Below are positions 10,231 to 19,625 of a stretch of DNA of 63,512 bases, one piece after another. Numbering within the stretch: the stretch's first letter is position 1; every line of letters starts with the position of its first letter. Under the pieces are notes generated by a model. It saw nothing but the letters and a program-made list of their open reading frames with translations. It was not told the origin of the DNA and ran no database searches. Source of the DNA: a virus (lineage: Duplodnaviria > Caudoviricetes); IMG/VR virus record IMGVR_UViG_3300006802_000101, positions 1 to 63,512 of that record, one strand, 5' to 3'. Both the position numbers and the translations under genes were made by a program.

Positions 10231-10575
10231 CTAAAACGGTAAGTCTCCAGTGGCTTCAGTAACCGCTTCTTCTACTTTCTTAGTAGTAGTAGTTTCTCCA
10301 TTAGCAGTGATTTTCCAAGCATCAATGCTATTGAAATATTTAACCTGACCTTCAGGGTTAGTCCACTCACGACCTCTCAAGTTGAACATAACATCAATGA
10401 TGTCTCCAACCTTGTAGTTGTCAAGAATGTCACACTTATCTTGTGTGGTTTGCATCAAGATTGACTGAGGATAATCTCCATCATAATCTGTGATAATAAT
10501 AAACTCACGAACTTTGAACTTGTCGCTTACTTGCTTTGTCTCAAATTTGAATTTGAGCTTTCCAGTTACCATCAT
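10231..10575 (-). CDS. single-stranded DNA-binding protein (DUF3127-like)
   Basis: FKVREF...YPQ...FNLRGREW...YFNSIDAWKI and acidic DLPF tail. Confidence 0.85.
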   Translation of the reverse strand: MMVTGKLKFKFETKQVSDKFKVREFIIITDYDGDYPQSILMQTTQDKCDILDNYKVGDIIDVMFNLRGREWTNPEGQVKYFNSIDAWKITANGETTTTKKVEEAVTEATGDLPF

Positions 10576-10879
10576 AATACTCTAATGTTTTTAATGATTT
10601 ATAAAATTTATTAACTTCCAATTTTCCTTTACCAGTTATGGAATATACTCTGGTTCTGTATTGATTTCTCTCTTTCACAATGTTGATGAGGCTCAATGCA
10701 GTAAGCCTTTTGAGTGACTCTCTAAATGACCTCTCAGAACTTGATACATCTAATCTAATGTCAGCCACGTCAAACGTGTCACAGTGATTAGCATAAATCA
10801 ATATCTCAAGAGCATTCAAAGATATACCCAATCTTTTTCTAGATGTGTCTAATGCTTTTCTTAAAAACTTCAGATTCAT
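10541..10879 (-). CDS. winged-helix DNA-binding protein (MarR-like)
   Basis: LEILIY...SLKRLTALSLI...RVYSITGKG wHTH pattern. Confidence 0.65.
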   Translation of the reverse strand: MNLKFLRKALDTSRKRLGISLNALEILIYANHCDTFDVADIRLDVSSSERSFRESLKRLTALSLINIVKERNQYRTRVYSITGKGKLEVNKFYKSLKTLEYYDGNWKAQIQI

Positions 10880-11472
10880 TTCTCTATAAATATTTTTTCT
10901 CCATTCTTAGACATAACCATAGATAATCTTTCCTCGTATATTGCATCATCTACTCTTACCCACGAATCATTGTCATTCTTAAAGAATCCTACAGCATAAA
11001 CAATGCCATCTCTTCTTTCTATCGCCTGGTGTCTGTATGTAATCTCTTTCACTCCCTCATCAGTTTCGTAGTGTAACAAAGTCTTTTGACCTCTACTCAT
11101 CCTCATAAAATATCCGGAGTTCAAGTAATCTCTTCTGTCTATACCAAGTATACCTTCAATATTTTTTACATCCTTACGATAATCTCTTTCATACTCCATT
11201 CTATCAGAAACAATCCTGATAGAGTGTATCACAGTAGCGTGATTACCAATAGAACCGTGAAATTTAAAATAGTCAGCTATCTCAGTCAGTGTCATCGTAG
11301 TGTATTGACTCATAAGGTAATGCATTATCTGTCTAACCATAACCTTATCAGACTTTCTAGAACGTGAGAAAACATACTCTCTCACAACACCAAAGTAACT
11401 ACAACAAACATCTACAATATCATTAGGAGCAACCTTGTTGTACCTAACATCAAATCCTTGTTTATTAATCAT
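10876..11472 (-). CDS. DnaA domain IV (Bac_DnaA_C) DNA-binding protein with extra C-terminal domain
   Basis: SRSRK..VMVRQIMHYL...TLTEIADYF...NHATVIHS matches the DnaA C-terminal HTH signature; no AAA+ domain. Confidence 0.85.
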   Translation of the reverse strand: MINKQGFDVRYNKVAPNDIVDVCCSYFGVVREYVFSRSRKSDKVMVRQIMHYLMSQYTTMTLTEIADYFKFHGSIGNHATVIHSIRIVSDRMEYERDYRKDVKNIEGILGIDRRDYLNSGYFMRMSRGQKTLLHYETDEGVKEITYRHQAIERRDGIVYAVGFFKNDNDSWVRVDDAIYEERLSMVMSKNGEKIFIEK

Positions 11473-12236
11473 AATTCTTCGTTTACAAAATAATTCTTTA
11501 ACATCTCTCTACCAAAGTCATCCTGGAAATAATCATTATACTGCTCTAGTAAACCAATAACCTCATCTTGTCCTTGCTCTATAAATTCATCTGATGTATA
11601 AAACAATCCCACTGAATATGGAGGTTCTTTCTCAATACATATAAATACAAATGAGGAAGCTTTAAATAACTCTCTATAGAAATATGCTTGCCTGTGGTAT
11701 CCATACTTGTAGCAAGACCTACGGAAGTCTTTAGGATTTACTGACTGAGTTGTTTTCAAGTCAACTACCCATCCACGACCTTCATTTACAATATCAGCCT
11801 TGCCTTTGCAAAGAGTGTTATGAATTTTCCCTACAGCAACTGACTCATTTATATTATCTTTATGAGTTAGTAATTCTTTGATAGCTTTCTTGCTAAATAA
11901 AGAATCACTCATTTCCTTAATCTTTAAAGCCTCCTTGAAGCTGATAATAGTTTTTCCTAAATTAGCTTCATTGAAAGCATCCCACTCTTTACCCCTTCTT
12001 GTTTTACCGCTAAATACAGCAACCTCTGAATCAAACTTATCTTTTTCAAGAATGTATAAGTGAAAAGCTTTGCCGAAGTTTAAAGCTGGAGATTCCTCAA
12101 CACCACCATCAAGATAGTGTTGAAGATGTTCCGGCCCCTTATTTAACTTACTCAACATGGAGTTAGTCACATAAGAATTATCAGCATAGTATTCCCTGTC
12201 ATCAGAGAATCTGACGATGTCTTTTTCTACACTCAT
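11469..12236 (-). CDS. exonuclease VIII-like PD-(D/E)XK nuclease (DUF3799-like)
   Basis: FGKAFHLYILE, CKGKAD, VDLKTT, YGYHRQAYFY, IEKEPPY. Confidence 0.85.
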   Translation of the reverse strand: MSVEKDIVRFSDDREYYADNSYVTNSMLSKLNKGPEHLQHYLDGGVEESPALNFGKAFHLYILEKDKFDSEVAVFSGKTRRGKEWDAFNEANLGKTIISFKEALKIKEMSDSLFSKKAIKELLTHKDNINESVAVGKIHNTLCKGKADIVNEGRGWVVDLKTTQSVNPKDFRRSCYKYGYHRQAYFYRELFKASSFVFICIEKEPPYSVGLFYTSDEFIEQGQDEVIGLLEQYNDYFQDDFGREMLKNYFVNEEL

Positions 12237-12241
12237 AATGA

Positions 12242-12862
12242 TTACTTAGATGATTTATTGAAACTATCTAAAGCCTCACGTAGCTTTTTCTTTTGAGTAT
12301 CAGTAGCTGTGTAAGACTTCATACGCTCAAGAACAATATCGCCTTTACCATCATTGATAAACTCAATCATTGCTTTGAATGTTTTGGCATCAAGCTTTTT
12401 TGTAGGTGATGATGATGATAGTGATTGTTTCTTAGGCTGAGCTTGAGCAACATACTTGTTGTCATCCCAATCACCCAAGAATATGTCAGCAGAAAATCCT
12501 AGTTTAGATAATCCTTTTGTCAAAGCATCAGTTGATACCTTCTTAAAGCAATCATCATCTAGCTTGCCAGACTTGTTGTGTGTTGCGATAGATGAATTGA
12601 TAGCAAATGTTTTCATTTGTTGGTCTTTACCCCTCCACCAAAAGGTAGCCTGGTATCCTAGTAGACCATCAGTGACCATGTAAAAATTCTCTTCATAAAC
12701 ACCCCAACCTTCACCACAGGAACCGAATTGTTCGGTTGCACACATAATCTGGTACTGAGCGTTGATACTTGTAAACTTACGACCGAAGTTCACTTCTTTG
12801 GTATACTTTGGATTCGTCACAGAGACTTGGCTCCAAATAGCCATGTTGTTTTTCTTTTCCAT
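12242..12862 (-). CDS. single-strand annealing protein (Rad52/Sak-like)
   Basis: TEQFG..GEGWG...KKVSTDALTKGLSKLGFSADIFLG; adjacent to the exonuclease gene. Confidence 0.7.
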   Translation of the reverse strand: MEKKNNMAIWSQVSVTNPKYTKEVNFGRKFTSINAQYQIMCATEQFGSCGEGWGVYEENFYMVTDGLLGYQATFWWRGKDQQMKTFAINSSIATHNKSGKLDDDCFKKVSTDALTKGLSKLGFSADIFLGDWDDNKYVAQAQPKKQSLSSSSPTKKLDAKTFKAMIEFINDGKGDIVLERMKSYTATDTQKKKLREALDSFNKSSK

Positions 12863-12885
12863 AATATTAAATTGAATTGACCCTA

Positions 12886-12929
12886 CAAATGTAGGAAATA
12901 TATTTGTTAATTACTAACAATGTTAATAA
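12886..12929 (-). promoter_or_regulatory. promoter of the replication/recombination operon
   Basis: TACATTTG -7 element (12886-12893) plus TGTTAATAA box at 12921-12929. Confidence 0.6.
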
Positions 12930-13013
12930 GTATTTTGTATACTATGAACAATGCACTCATTGTAATCATGTAGTATACGAACTCCATAAAATTACCACCT
13001 CTATACTTTCTCA

Positions 13014-13196
13014 TTAATTATATTTTATTATTTTAATATCAATCATAAGTAGGTGAATATCAATAGTATACATATCAAACACCTCATCACTTGAGTAGCT
13101 TACTCCTAGTCTGAGGGCTGGATTATATATAAACTTCCACAGTGTTGCCCCAAGTAATCTGTGAGACATCATAAATAATAATTTAGGTTTCATCAT
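13014..13196 (-). CDS. hypothetical protein
   Basis: 60-aa ORF, ATGA-coupled to the upstream gene. Confidence 0.45.
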   Translation of the reverse strand: MMKPKLLFMMSHRLLGATLWKFIYNPALRLGVSYSSDEVFDMYTIDIHLLMIDIKIIKYN

Positions 13197-13426
13197 ATTT
13201 CAAATAGTTTTTTGTATTGTTCCGGGTAGTTGTCTCTGAACCATCTGTGAGCTCGCTTTGATTTGTCAGTATACCTTAGAAAGTCATATCCTTTTATTAA
13301 GTCATACATAGATGAACCAAGAGCATCAAGCTCTACAAGGTCACCATTTGTGTTTATGTATGAGGTACCTTCCTTGTATATCTCACCATCAAACCATCTC
13401 GGAGGTTTAATTCTTTTGTCTTCCAT
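13193..13426 (-). CDS. hypothetical protein
   Basis: 77-aa ORF with A-rich leader. Confidence 0.65.
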   Translation of the reverse strand: MEDKRIKPPRWFDGEIYKEGTSYINTNGDLVELDALGSSMYDLIKGYDFLRYTDKSKRAHRWFRDNYPEQYKKLFEI

Positions 13427-13457
13427 ATTCTTTTTTTTTATTTACTTTAATATTAAT

Positions 13458-13489
13458 AGCAATGCTACAGCAATGCTAATGCATAGCAT
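13458..13489. repeat. AGCAATGCT iteron-like repeats
   Basis: AGCAATGCT at 13458 and 13469 (11-bp phase) plus a degenerate third unit; intergenic. Confidence 0.55.
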
Positions 13490-13491
13490 AA

Positions 13492-13881
13492 CTATATTTT
13501 CTCTTTGAAGTGGTCGGTTATACTCTTCATTTGAGTGTTATAATACAACGCAAATGGTGTACTTACCATGTTACCATCTTCATCCATATGTTGAGGTTGT
13601 TGATTCTCCCACACAAGATACAAAACATTTCTAAGTTTTTGACTTGGAGTCTTACTTTCTATACCGCTTGTAGATATTGATTGCTTTACAGTATCAACCA
13701 TTTCATCAGGTATAGGGTTAGTAGATACAACAACATATCCTCTTTTCTTGTTGAGGTTGAATATATTTGACATTGTTTCTGGTGGTAACTCTGGTGTTTC
13801 CAAAGTTATCTTCAATGAACCATCAGCCATTGTTCTGACTGAATCAATACCACCCTCAAATACTACCGTGCTTTTACTCAT
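13492..13881 (-). CDS. hypothetical conserved phage protein (start moved to MSKSTV)
   Basis: RTMADGSLKITLET...KTPSQKLRNVLY; ATG at 13881 follows the stop of the Fis-like ORF. Confidence 0.7.
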   Translation of the reverse strand: MSKSTVVFEGGIDSVRTMADGSLKITLETPELPPETMSNIFNLNKKRGYVVVSTNPIPDEMVDTVKQSISTSGIESKTPSQKLRNVLYLVWENQQPQHMDEDGNMVSTPFALYYNTQMKSITDHFKEKI

Positions 13882-13882
13882 A

Positions 13883-14017
13883 TTATAGTTTGTTTTTCTT
13901 TTTAAATAGATAAATCTTTCTAGCACTAATACCTAGAGATTTAGCGGCATCCTCAACAGTTTTACATAATTTCAATGCTCTTATCATTTCTTTTTCGTGT
14001 AACTCTTTTAATGTCAT
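13883..14017 (-). CDS. Fis-like HTH microprotein (44 aa, not in ORF track)
   Basis: MTLKELHEKEMIRALKLCKTVEDAAKSLGISARKIYLFKKKNKL; AAKxLGIS HTH_8-type motif. Confidence 0.7.
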   Translation of the reverse strand: MTLKELHEKEMIRALKLCKTVEDAAKSLGISARKIYLFKKKNKL

Positions 14018-14028
14018 ACTTATTTGTT

Positions 14029-14430
14029 TTATAAAAATATATCCTCTTTCTTATTGTGATTGTATATAGCTTTCTGATTGAACAACCATCCAATCAATGT
14101 GGCTGTTCTTTGAGTGTTTACATTCCTACATAAGTCAAGAACATAAACATTCTCTTTTTCATCATACCATATACCAACGTTATTATTATCGGACTTGTCC
14201 GAAATCCTATCAACAAAGCCAACTATACAATCAAGTATCTCTTGGTCTGAACCACTACAACATGTAGTATCGTCTGTTGATACTGCTACTGAATAGCCTT
14301 TGTTCACTGGAACTCCATCTCTAGTTAGTGTAATTCCTCCACTTTTTGCACCATTGAATAACTCAAGTGCTAATTTGTTTTTAGTTTCTTTATCCATTAT
14401 ATGTGTCCTCCTATTTTTAATTGTTCGCAT
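14029..14430 (-). CDS. hypothetical early protein (true start probably 14397, MDKETK)
   Basis: GG.T...GYSVA...VGIW...LD...QKAIY pattern; contains the SDKS palindrome. Confidence 0.65.
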   Translation of the reverse strand: MRTIKNRRTHIMDKETKNKLALELFNGAKSGGITLTRDGVPVNKGYSVAVSTDDTTCCSGSDQEILDCIVGFVDRISDKSDNNNVGIWYDEKENVYVLDLCRNVNTQRTATLIGWLFNQKAIYNHNKKEDIFL

Positions 14431-14684
14431 TCATATCTCCATTCAGAATCTGCTTCAGGAATATTCATACCCCTGTAATCATCTACCCCACTCCCATACT
14501 CAAAGTTAGCTTTACTGATAGCTTCATCTATTTTGTCTATAAACAAATCTTCGTTGTAGTTTAAATAACCATTAAGTCCATCAGAAAATTCTGATGTATA
14601 ATCTTCGTAGTCATCTTTATCTATATCAATCTCTACCTCTGCGTACTTGTGGTACACGCTTCTTTGCATAATTTTAACTTTCAT
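14397..14684 (-). CDS. hypothetical acidic early protein
   Basis: 95-aa ORF in a packed early operon. Confidence 0.65.
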   Translation of the reverse strand: MKVKIMQRSVYHKYAEVEIDIDKDDYEDYTSEFSDGLNGYLNYNEDLFIDKIDEAISKANFEYGSGVDDYRGMNIPEADSEWRYECEQLKIGGHI

Positions 14685-14922
14685 AATACTCTGGTTTATC
14701 GTTAGTTATATCTAATGTATTCTCTAGTAGTGTTTCTACTTCATCATATCTTTCGTTATAGAAATCTTGTGCCTCTTCTTTAAAGACAATACAAGTCCCA
14801 TCTGATAGACCATCTTGAATAGTTTCAAATGTATCTTCGTGAAAGTTTAGTTCGGTGAGTTGTGTAGCTATCTCGCTAATAAACTCAATCCATTTGTCGT
14901 TTGGTACTCTGTGTTTACTCAT
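14674..14922 (-). CDS. hypothetical acidic early protein
   Basis: 82-aa ORF coupled to neighbours. Confidence 0.65.
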   Translation of the reverse strand: MSKHRVPNDKWIEFISEIATQLTELNFHEDTFETIQDGLSDGTCIVFKEEAQDFYNERYDEVETLLENTLDITNDKPEYYES

Positions 14923-15392
14923 CTTGTGAAAGGTTTTAAATATATTGGTTCGTTCTTGTTTGCTACACTATGTTTCTCTCCAATGTAGTAATTCCAATAA
15001 GCAGTGATTGTATCTTCATGCTTGTATTCATCAGGCATACATTGTGGTGGAGGAATAAAGTCAAGTCTAGGCATATCTCTTGGAGGAGTTGATAATAACT
15101 CTGCACACTTGATAATGCTGAGATGTTGCTTGCCATAACGTCTAGTGTACTCATCACCCAAAGCCATCATATGTAACCAAAGCCAAGAGTAATGTTGTGT
15201 ACTCTGCCTTGTCCATATGGTTGATGGATGATTGTAGTGTGCTTTCTTGTATGGTACATGCTCTCCATTATCGTAATGATGGTGTGCTGTACATAGCATT
15301 TGAGCTGACTCAAGTATCATCTTGACTTTGTGTTTGTCATAGAAGTATGATGCACATACCTCTGGGTCTTCGTGTAAATAAAATATGTTCAT
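14919..15392 (-). CDS. pyrimidine-dimer DNA glycosylase/endonuclease V-like protein
   Basis: MNIFYL...DKHKVKMILESAQML...HYNHPSTIW...EYTRRYGKQH...PPQCMPDEYK. Confidence 0.75.
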   Translation of the reverse strand: MNIFYLHEDPEVCASYFYDKHKVKMILESAQMLCTAHHHYDNGEHVPYKKAHYNHPSTIWTRQSTQHYSWLWLHMMALGDEYTRRYGKQHLSIIKCAELLSTPPRDMPRLDFIPPPQCMPDEYKHEDTITAYWNYYIGEKHSVANKNEPIYLKPFTR

Positions 15393-15394
15393 AG

Positions 15395-15661
15395 TTATTG
15401 TATTGCGTATCCACTACATCTAGGTAGGAAATGTTTATTGTTTGATTTCATCATACCACCAATATCGTGTTGTATGGTTGATATTATTTCATGTTCACTT
15501 ATTCCGTTGTCTTCGCAGTACGTAATATATCCCTCTAAATCTCTAGCGAAATCATCATGCACAACCAATGTGAGCATCATCTCTGTTCTGTAGTTCATAC
15601 TATTCCAAAATACTGGAGCGTATTTTTCCATCATGTTGAATATGTTTCCTCTTGTTACCAT
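15395..15661 (-). CDS. hypothetical early protein
   Basis: 88-aa ORF ending TIQHDIGG...FLPR. Confidence 0.65.
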   Translation of the reverse strand: MVTRGNIFNMMEKYAPVFWNSMNYRTEMMLTLVVHDDFARDLEGYITYCEDNGISEHEIISTIQHDIGGMMKSNNKHFLPRCSGYAIQ

Positions 15662-15663
15662 AG

Positions 15664-16266
15664 TTATCTGTAGTTTTGTTTAATCTTTCTAAATCTTTCC
15701 CAAGTGCTACTCTGTAATAGTACCGGACTGATACCCAGTATGTTAGCAGTATACTTGTATGTATCTCTGAAGAAGTTGTATTGGTTGTTTGTCATACCAG
15801 CATAGTCTTCTTCTTGTATCCATCTACCAAGAGCAACTGATAGGGCATGCCTGTCAATAGTCACCATATCAGCTTTCTCAGGATGTAGCATATTCTCAAA
15901 GAATGATACAATCTTACGACCTTTGAGTATTGACTTGATGCAATCTTCACACCCATCACAATTAATGATGTCTTCAGCTTTCTTGACGAATGTTTTCATA
16001 TGCTTACCATCACCGGTTTCAATGAAGTGTATAGCACACTTTTTGTTTTGCTCCCAAGATTTGAGTGGACTGAGAGCTGAAACAATACCACAAGCAACTG
16101 ATACAGGTATGTCGTAGTCAGATGATAGTGATTTACAGAACGCATGTGCCTCTGCATACCAATCGTGTCTGTCGGACTTGTCCGATAAATTGTAAATCTT
16201 GAGTATGTTGTTCTTCACTTTGGTTCGGGATAACGTATTACCCTTGTATTGAATGCGTGTAATCAT
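15664..16266 (-). CDS. conserved phage early protein (DUF7178-like, possible glycosylase fold)
   Basis: WY..AH...ACGIVSALSP..SWEQN...KIVSF...VTIDRHA...LQSSTW pattern. Confidence 0.65.
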   Translation of the reverse strand: MITRIQYKGNTLSRTKVKNNILKIYNLSDKSDRHDWYAEAHAFCKSLSSDYDIPVSVACGIVSALSPLKSWEQNKKCAIHFIETGDGKHMKTFVKKAEDIINCDGCEDCIKSILKGRKIVSFFENMLHPEKADMVTIDRHALSVALGRWIQEEDYAGMTNNQYNFFRDTYKYTANILGISPVLLQSSTWERFRKIKQNYR

Positions 16267-16460
16267 CTCTTTTGTTTTTTGGTTTTTAAATATCTGTTCT
16301 CTTGTATGTTATCGTAGAAGAATCCGGTTACAAGGAAGTAGTTATCCCAAGTAATCTTTGATGGTCTACTTCTATTTGCATAGTGTTCCCTCATTCTATG
16401 TAACATCTCTTCTTTAGTTTCGGACTTGTCCGAATACTCTTCCTCTGTATCTTCTGTCAT
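16263..16460 (-). CDS. hypothetical early protein
   Basis: 65-aa ORF, ATGA-coupled; contains the SDKS palindrome. Confidence 0.55.
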   Translation of the reverse strand: MTEDTEEEYSDKSETKEEMLHRMREHYANRSRPSKITWDNYFLVTGFFYDNIQENRYLKTKKQKR

Positions 16461-16553
16461 ATTGAAAATAAGTTTACTATTATTAATGATATGATAGCTA
16501 TAAATCCCACATACATAACTACGTGTTCAGCTATTTCTATGTAATGCTTTCTA

Positions 16554-16958
16554 TTATCTCTTTTCATTTTCTACACTTAAATAAGGGTTTGTCATTGAAA
16601 TTTCTAGTTTACTGATATGTTCCACATAATCATACCAATCGCCCTGTTCTGAATGTATTGCTCCATCTTCTCCCATACAGACCATAAACGTATCTAATTC
16701 ACAATAGTCTGATATAAGTCTGTTTACTGCGTCAACATCAGGGTAACCATCATACCATTTTAAGTAATCTCCAACCCATACAATCCAATATTCTGTATGA
16801 GTTACTTTAACATTGTTGTCTTTATCAAACTCATACCAATCGTATGTCCTCTCATACCATTTAAAACTATCTGTTAAGTCGTGTTCTTTTAGAACTTTAT
16901 CTACTGCTTGTCGGTGTTCTTTTTTGACACCAAATATTACTTCACTTCTATATCCCAT
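16554..16958 (-). CDS. hypothetical early protein (MGYRSEV...LKWYDGYPDV type)
   Basis: 134-aa ORF with A-rich leader. Confidence 0.7.
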   Translation of the reverse strand: MGYRSEVIFGVKKEHRQAVDKVLKEHDLTDSFKWYERTYDWYEFDKDNNVKVTHTEYWIVWVGDYLKWYDGYPDVDAVNRLISDYCELDTFMVCMGEDGAIHSEQGDWYDYVEHISKLEISMTNPYLSVENEKR

Positions 16959-16979
16959 AATTTAATTTAGTTTTAGTTG

Positions 16980-17234
16980 TTAAACTCCATATTGTGTCCA
17001 TCTGTTAATGTGTTCTATCGTATCAGTCAAGTCCTCAATACTATCTTGTTGTCTGTGTATTAGTTCATCTTCAATTAGTTCGTCAATCATCTGATACTTT
17101 TCCATATAGGGATAGTGTTCTATATGATTACCAAACCACTCACTATACAATCCCTCTACTTGTGAACGATTAAATTGTTCATAGTACTCTCTTTGGGAGT
17201 CTTCCCAATCTTGTAACAAGTCTTTCTTTTTCAT
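16980..17234 (-). CDS. hypothetical acidic early protein
   Basis: 84-aa ORF. Confidence 0.6.
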   Translation of the reverse strand: MKKKDLLQDWEDSQREYYEQFNRSQVEGLYSEWFGNHIEHYPYMEKYQMIDELIEDELIHRQQDSIEDLTDTIEHINRWTQYGV

Positions 17235-17458
17235 TTGAATTGTATTGCTTTTGATAGGTTGTCGTTTTCTGTTTTAATATTCTTACCATCTCTCAACTCT
17301 ATGTAGTGAGCGTGGTTGTACTTTACTTGGTCAAGTAACCGGTCAAGGTCTACTTGGTCGTAGTCGTACTTACCATTGTCAACAAAGTTGGCGATAGTTC
17401 TTAAGGTTGATACTACATCATCTTTGTAGTATTTCCATTGTGCTTTTCTAGTATCCAT
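17231..17458 (-). CDS. hypothetical early protein
   Basis: 75-aa ORF. Confidence 0.6.
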   Translation of the reverse strand: MDTRKAQWKYYKDDVVSTLRTIANFVDNGKYDYDQVDLDRLLDQVKYNHAHYIELRDGKNIKTENDNLSKAIQFK

Positions 17459-17460
17459 AG

Positions 17461-17835
17461 TTATTTAGTTTTCTTTAGTTTAATTAAATCTTCTTCTATT
17501 AACATCTCAAGTATCTTTTTTGCTGACGTGTGGTGGTCGTAACCCATTCTCACATCAACAAGTTCGAGTTCACGTCCATTAACTTCAAATTCATACTCAT
17601 CTATGTCCCAAGCTTCCGGCTCATTACAATACATATCGTCTAGCTTGTGTTCCAAGGTTGTCCATAAATCATCGTATTGTTCTTCTGTTATTGTTGTTGC
17701 CTTTAGTTTATCCATAATGTTCTGTAATTTAGTTTTAGTTTTAGTTAATAATTTTCGGACATGTCCGATAGTTTTCTGTTCTAGTTTGTCTAGAAGGTAT
17801 GCTTCCCTCATAGACCATTCAAATCTAATCTTCAT
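17461..17835 (-). CDS. hypothetical early protein (possible alternative start at 17715)
   Basis: 124-aa ORF; internal AACTAAAACTAAATTA leader-like tract before MDKLKA. Confidence 0.55.
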   Translation of the reverse strand: MKIRFEWSMREAYLLDKLEQKTIGHVRKLLTKTKTKLQNIMDKLKATTITEEQYDDLWTTLEHKLDDMYCNEPEAWDIDEYEFEVNGRELELVDVRMGYDHHTSAKKILEMLIEEDLIKLKKTK

Positions 17836-17837
17836 AA

Positions 17838-18155
17838 TTAAAATATTGCTACTTTTTCTAATAATTCTCTTGTGTATTTCCTAACAATTCTTTCTTTGTA
17901 CGTTTTATGTAACTCTAATTTGTACTTGTGTTCTAATGCTGAAGGTGAAATAGATTTAAAATACTTGTGTCTTTCAGCTTGTATCTCTTGATTGTACTCA
18001 CCATATTCAGTGATATATTCCATGTAGTTAGGGAGAGAACCACCTAAAAACAGAGCTATTTCTCTGTGTATTTCAAACATTTCTTTTGCTTTTTCTTCTA
18101 TGTATTTATTAGCTTTTAATTCTAGTTGTTTTTGGATTTCATTAGTGTCTTTCAT
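17838..18155 (-). CDS. hypothetical early protein
   Basis: 105-aa ORF. Confidence 0.6.
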   Translation of the reverse strand: MKDTNEIQKQLELKANKYIEEKAKEMFEIHREIALFLGGSLPNYMEYITEYGEYNQEIQAERHKYFKSISPSALEHKYKLELHKTYKERIVRKYTRELLEKVAIF

Positions 18156-18552
18156 TGTTATTATTTAATTGGTTAATAAATTCTACTACTGATTCGTATG
18201 TAAGTTCAAGGTCAAATTCATAGTGTGATATTTCTTCATAATATTCTTTTGGAAATATATCTTCCAGATTATCCCAATCATACTTACCTACTTCTTCTAT
18301 TTCGTATGTACTATCCATACTTCTAATCTTGTTTATCACCGGCATAAGCCAATCCCAAGATACATTGTAAGATAGTTCGTGTTCTTCATACCAACTCCCA
18401 CTATTAAACTCTCTAAAGTAGTAGTTTACCTTACCACTTTTAAAGACTTCTGTTGGGAGTCCCATAAATTCTGCTATGAGTTTGTTGTGTGTTATTACTT
18501 CTTCCATATTAACAATATATTTCGTCCGGCATATTCTGTTGTAGGTCATCAA
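18142..18552 (-). CDS. hypothetical early protein (true start probably MEEVIT)
   Basis: NKLIAEFMG...LSYNVSWDWLMPVINKI motif. Confidence 0.65.
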   Translation of the reverse strand: MMTYNRICRTKYIVNMEEVITHNKLIAEFMGLPTEVFKSGKVNYYFREFNSGSWYEEHELSYNVSWDWLMPVINKIRSMDSTYEIEEVGKYDWDNLEDIFPKEYYEEISHYEFDLELTYESVVEFINQLNNNNERH

Positions 18553-18790
18553 TCTTCTTGCAATATTCTACATACTTCCAACACTCTGATAGAGTTTTGT
18601 ATGCGTATTGCCAAGCTTCAATATCATTGTCAGCGTGTGCTTCTTCCATTTCTTCTGATGCACCAATCCAATGGTAATACATAGTATCGTTGTAGTCGCC
18701 TCCAGATTGATTGTGAAATGCGTCTGAAATTTTGTTGTAAAGTTCTTCACAGCGTAATTGCATTAATGTTAACTTTTCTCGTTTAGTCAT
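18509..18790 (-). CDS. hypothetical early protein
   Basis: 93-aa ORF. Confidence 0.6.
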   Translation of the reverse strand: MTKREKLTLMQLRCEELYNKISDAFHNQSGGDYNDTMYYHWIGASEEMEEAHADNDIEAWQYAYKTLSECWKYVEYCKKIDDLQQNMPDEIYC

Positions 18791-18795
18791 AATAA

Positions 18796-19008
18796 TTATT
18801 TGTTAAGGTTAGAGTTTTCGGACTTGTCCGATTTAATTAAATTGTTTAGTTGCTCAATGCTATCGCACTCGTTTACCAATGTATTCCAAACGTGGTAATA
18901 CTTTAGTGGTGTCTTGATAGCTGATGCCTTGAGCCGTGATAGTGATGAAATGTATCCACCACCACTTCTCATATTAGTTGGTGCTAATGTTCCTGTTTTA
19001 GTTTTCAT
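18796..19008 (-). CDS. hypothetical early protein
   Basis: 70-aa ORF; SDKS palindrome near the C-terminus. Confidence 0.55.
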   Translation of the reverse strand: MKTKTGTLAPTNMRSGGGYISSLSRLKASAIKTPLKYYHVWNTLVNECDSIEQLNNLIKSDKSENSNLNK

Positions 19009-19229
19009 AATCCCATCGCATAATCCGTTATTCTGTCTTCCATCATATCTGTATCAAAGAATCCAAAGTAGAAATCTGTTATATCATCTCCGTTAGCCAA
19101 CACCTTGCTGATTGTTACAATAGTTTCAGCTGGTTGCTCCCACGTAGCTGGTGCGTAATAAAAGTCATACTCTATCTCTAGTATGTTATCATTTATTTCT
19201 TCCGAATATGTTCCCGTATGTGTTCTCAT
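19005..19229 (-). CDS. hypothetical acidic early protein
   Basis: 74-aa ORF, ATGA-coupled. Confidence 0.6.
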   Translation of the reverse strand: MRTHTGTYSEEINDNILEIEYDFYYAPATWEQPAETIVTISKVLANGDDITDFYFGFFDTDMMEDRITDYAMGL

Positions 19230-19543
19230 AATAACTGATAGTATTTGTGTTGCATACTTTCAATCAAGTGTCTGCCGTTAGCCGTGTGAAAGCCGTAGCT
19301 ATGTGTATGTAAGCTATCCATAGGTACATTTGCTAGTAGCAATTCCATAAGGTTGTACTCGTTGCAATCCATATCATCAGCGACCTCGTTGATAGCTTGT
19401 GCTAGTAGGTCGGTGTTGTGTCTAGGTTTCTGTCCTAGTTCCTCAGTAATGTATCGTTCTACAATACTTCCGGTTAATCTGTAATCATTTTCGGACTTGT
19501 CCGATAAAACTTCTGCTCTCATAGGTCTAATATTTTTTACCAT
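19226..19543 (-). CDS. hypothetical early protein
   Basis: 105-aa ORF; SDKS palindrome near the N-terminus. Confidence 0.6.
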   Translation of the reverse strand: MVKNIRPMRAEVLSDKSENDYRLTGSIVERYITEELGQKPRHNTDLLAQAINEVADDMDCNEYNLMELLLANVPMDSLHTHSYGFHTANGRHLIESMQHKYYQLL

Positions 19544-19625
19544 TAATTACTCGGTATGCGTTAGCTCTTGCTTTAGCTACCTCTTTCCTTACTTTGATAG
19601 TTCTGAATGTACTCATATCTTTTTA

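Noticed and set aside
11046-11068. second hammerhead core (CUGAUGA...GAAA on the minus strand)
   Set aside because: It lies inside the DnaA domain IV CDS, and stems II and III cannot form.
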